Sequence record: DQ006822.1
From: a phage
Length of the DNA: 624 nucleotides
Direction: 5' to 3' (one strand)
Shown here: in pieces, positions 1 to 624 of the stretch
How positions within the stretch are numbered: position 1 is the first letter of the stretch
Layout of the letters: each line of letters begins with the position of its first letter
The notes under the pieces: model-generated
The model's database searches: none
What the model saw: the letters and a program-made list of their open reading frames with translations, nothing else
Told to the model about the DNA's origin: nothing
Translations under genes and position numbers: made by a program

Positions 1-21
1 TTACNCAGTATGAGAGGACAT
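1..21 (+). other. Partial 5' untranslated leader of an ssRNA phage genome (cDNA form) upstream of the maturation protein start
   Basis: Lies directly upstream of the A2-like start codon at 22-24 and resembles, by recollection, the end of the Qbeta 5' leader (...GAGGACAU-AUG). Contains an ambiguous base at position 5. No in-frame stop is visible upstream of the start within the window, so the UTR/CDS boundary relies on homology to the known A2 N-terminus (MPKL...). Confidence 0.6.
12..18 (+). promoter_or_regulatory. Shine-Dalgarno-like ribosome binding site (GAGAGGA) for the A2 start codon
   Basis: Purine-rich gagagga at 12-18, with the agga core ending 3 nt before the ATG at 22. Spacing is short but within functional range. 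The matching position in Qbeta is the known maturation gene initiation region. Confidence 0.5.
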
Positions 22-624
22 ATGCCTAAATTACCACGTGGTCTGCGTTTCGGAGCCGATAATGAAATTCTTAATGATTTTCAGGAGCTCTGGTTTCCAG
101 ATCTCTTTATCGAATCTTCTGACACGCATCCGTGGTACACACTGAAAGGTCGTGTGTTGAATGCCCATCTTGATGATCGCCTACCTAATGTAGGTGGTCG
201 TCAGGTTAGGCGTACTCCACATCGTGCTACTGTTCCGATTGCCTCTTCAGGCCTTCGTCCGGTAACAACCGTTCAGTATGATCCCACAGCACTATCGTTC
301 TTATTGAACGCTCGTGTTGATTGGGATTTCGGTAATGGCGACAGTGCGAACCTTGTCATTAATGACTTTTTGTTTCGTACTTTCGCACCTAAGGAGTTCG
401 ATTTCTCGAATTCCTTAGTTCCTCGTTATACTCAGGCCTTCTCCGCTTTTAATGCCAAGTATGGCACTATGATCGGTGAAGGGCTCGAGACTATAAAATA
501 TCTCGGGCTTTTACTGCGCAGACTGCGTGAGGGTTACCGCGCTGTTAAGCGTGGCGATTTACGTGCTCTTCGCAGGGTTATCCANTCCTACCATAAAGGN
601 AGNGGNAANCNGNTACTGCTGNNA
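22..624 (+). CDS. A2: Maturation (A2) protein of a Qbeta-like ssRNA phage, N-terminal ~200 codons, 3' partial; the frame over roughly the last 25 nt is unreliable because of N calls
   Basis: Uninterrupted ORF from ATG 22-24 to the window end. Translation: MPKLPRGLRFGADNEILNDFQELWFPDLFIESSDTHPWYTLKGRVLNAHLDDRLPNVGGRQVRRTPHRATVPIASSGLRPVTTVQYDPTALSFLLNARVDWDFGNGDSANLVINDFLFRTFAPKEFDFSNSLVPRYTQAFSAFNAKYGTMIGEGLETIKYLGLLLRRLREGYRAVKRGDLRALRRVI(Q/H)SYHKG..., which matches my recollection of Qbeta A2 almost residue for residue. Arg codons are 17 of 20 CGT/CGC, consistent with an E. coli-adapted coding frame. The full protein is ~420 aa, so the CDS continues past the window. Confidence 0.9.
   Translation, partial: MPKLPRGLRFGADNEILNDFQELWFPDLFIESSDTHPWYTLKGRVLNAHLDDRLPNVGGRQVRRTPHRATVPIASSGLRPVTTVQYDPTALSFLLNARVDWDFGNGDSANLVINDFLFRTFAPKEFDFSNSLVPRYTQAFSAFNAKYGTMIGEGLETIKYLGLLLRRLREGYRAVKRGDLRALRRVIXSYHKXXXXXXLLX

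Noticed and set aside
19-24. NdeI site (CATATG) overlapping the start codon, plus SacI (85-90), BglII (99-104), EcoRI (408-413) and XhoI (484-489) sites, which could suggest an engineered expression construct
   Set aside because: By recollection, CAUAUG at the A2 start is native to Qbeta, and scattered six-base sites are expected by chance in 600 nt. There are no flanking vector, tag or linker sequences, so nothing indicates engineering.
83-87. Internal Shine-Dalgarno-like motifs (aggag at 83-87; aaggag at 391-396)
   Set aside because: No ATG, GTG or TTG follows at appropriate spacing in any frame; both motifs are explained as ordinary codons (Q-E and K-E) in the A2 frame.
62-145. Short ORF in an alternative + frame (ATG 62-64 to TGA 143-145, 27 codons) nested inside the A2 coding region
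   Set aside because: Very short, no convincing ribosome binding site, and no known overlapping gene at this position in Qbeta-type phages; most likely a chance open frame.
513-527. Short direct repeat actgcg at 513-518 and 522-527, and a cgcag/ctgcg inverted pair
   Set aside because: Six-base repeats at this spacing are trivial, and the inverted pair would leave a one-nucleotide loop, which is sterically implausible. No confident RNA structure can be called by eye.
1-624. Minus-strand ORFs, promoters, terminators, tRNA genes, CRISPR repeats or mobile element ends
   Set aside because: Nothing of the kind is recognisable, and if this is a levivirus genome the minus strand is a replication intermediate that is not translated, so complementary-strand ORFs would be meaningless.

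Overview
This window is best explained as a cDNA copy of the 5' end of a Qbeta-like ssRNA coliphage genome (Allolevivirus/Qubevirus group), not a cellular DNA locus. It holds 21 nt of the 5' leader with a Shine-Dalgarno-like purine run, then one long + strand ORF from the ATG at 22-24 to the window end with no stop (201 codons, 3' partial). The translation begins MPKLPRGLRFGADNEILNDFQELWFPDLFIESSDTHPWYTLKGRVLNAHLDDRLPNV..., which I recognise from memory as the N-terminal part of the Qbeta maturation/lysis protein A2. No database search was possible, so the identification rests on recall and internal consistency. Ambiguous bases (N at 5, 585, then a cluster in 600-624) indicate a raw sequencing read with a low-quality tail. 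I see no evidence for a previously undescribed system; the content is a well-characterised phage gene, possibly a strain variant. No tRNA, rRNA, CRISPR, mobile element or DNA promoter is supportable.
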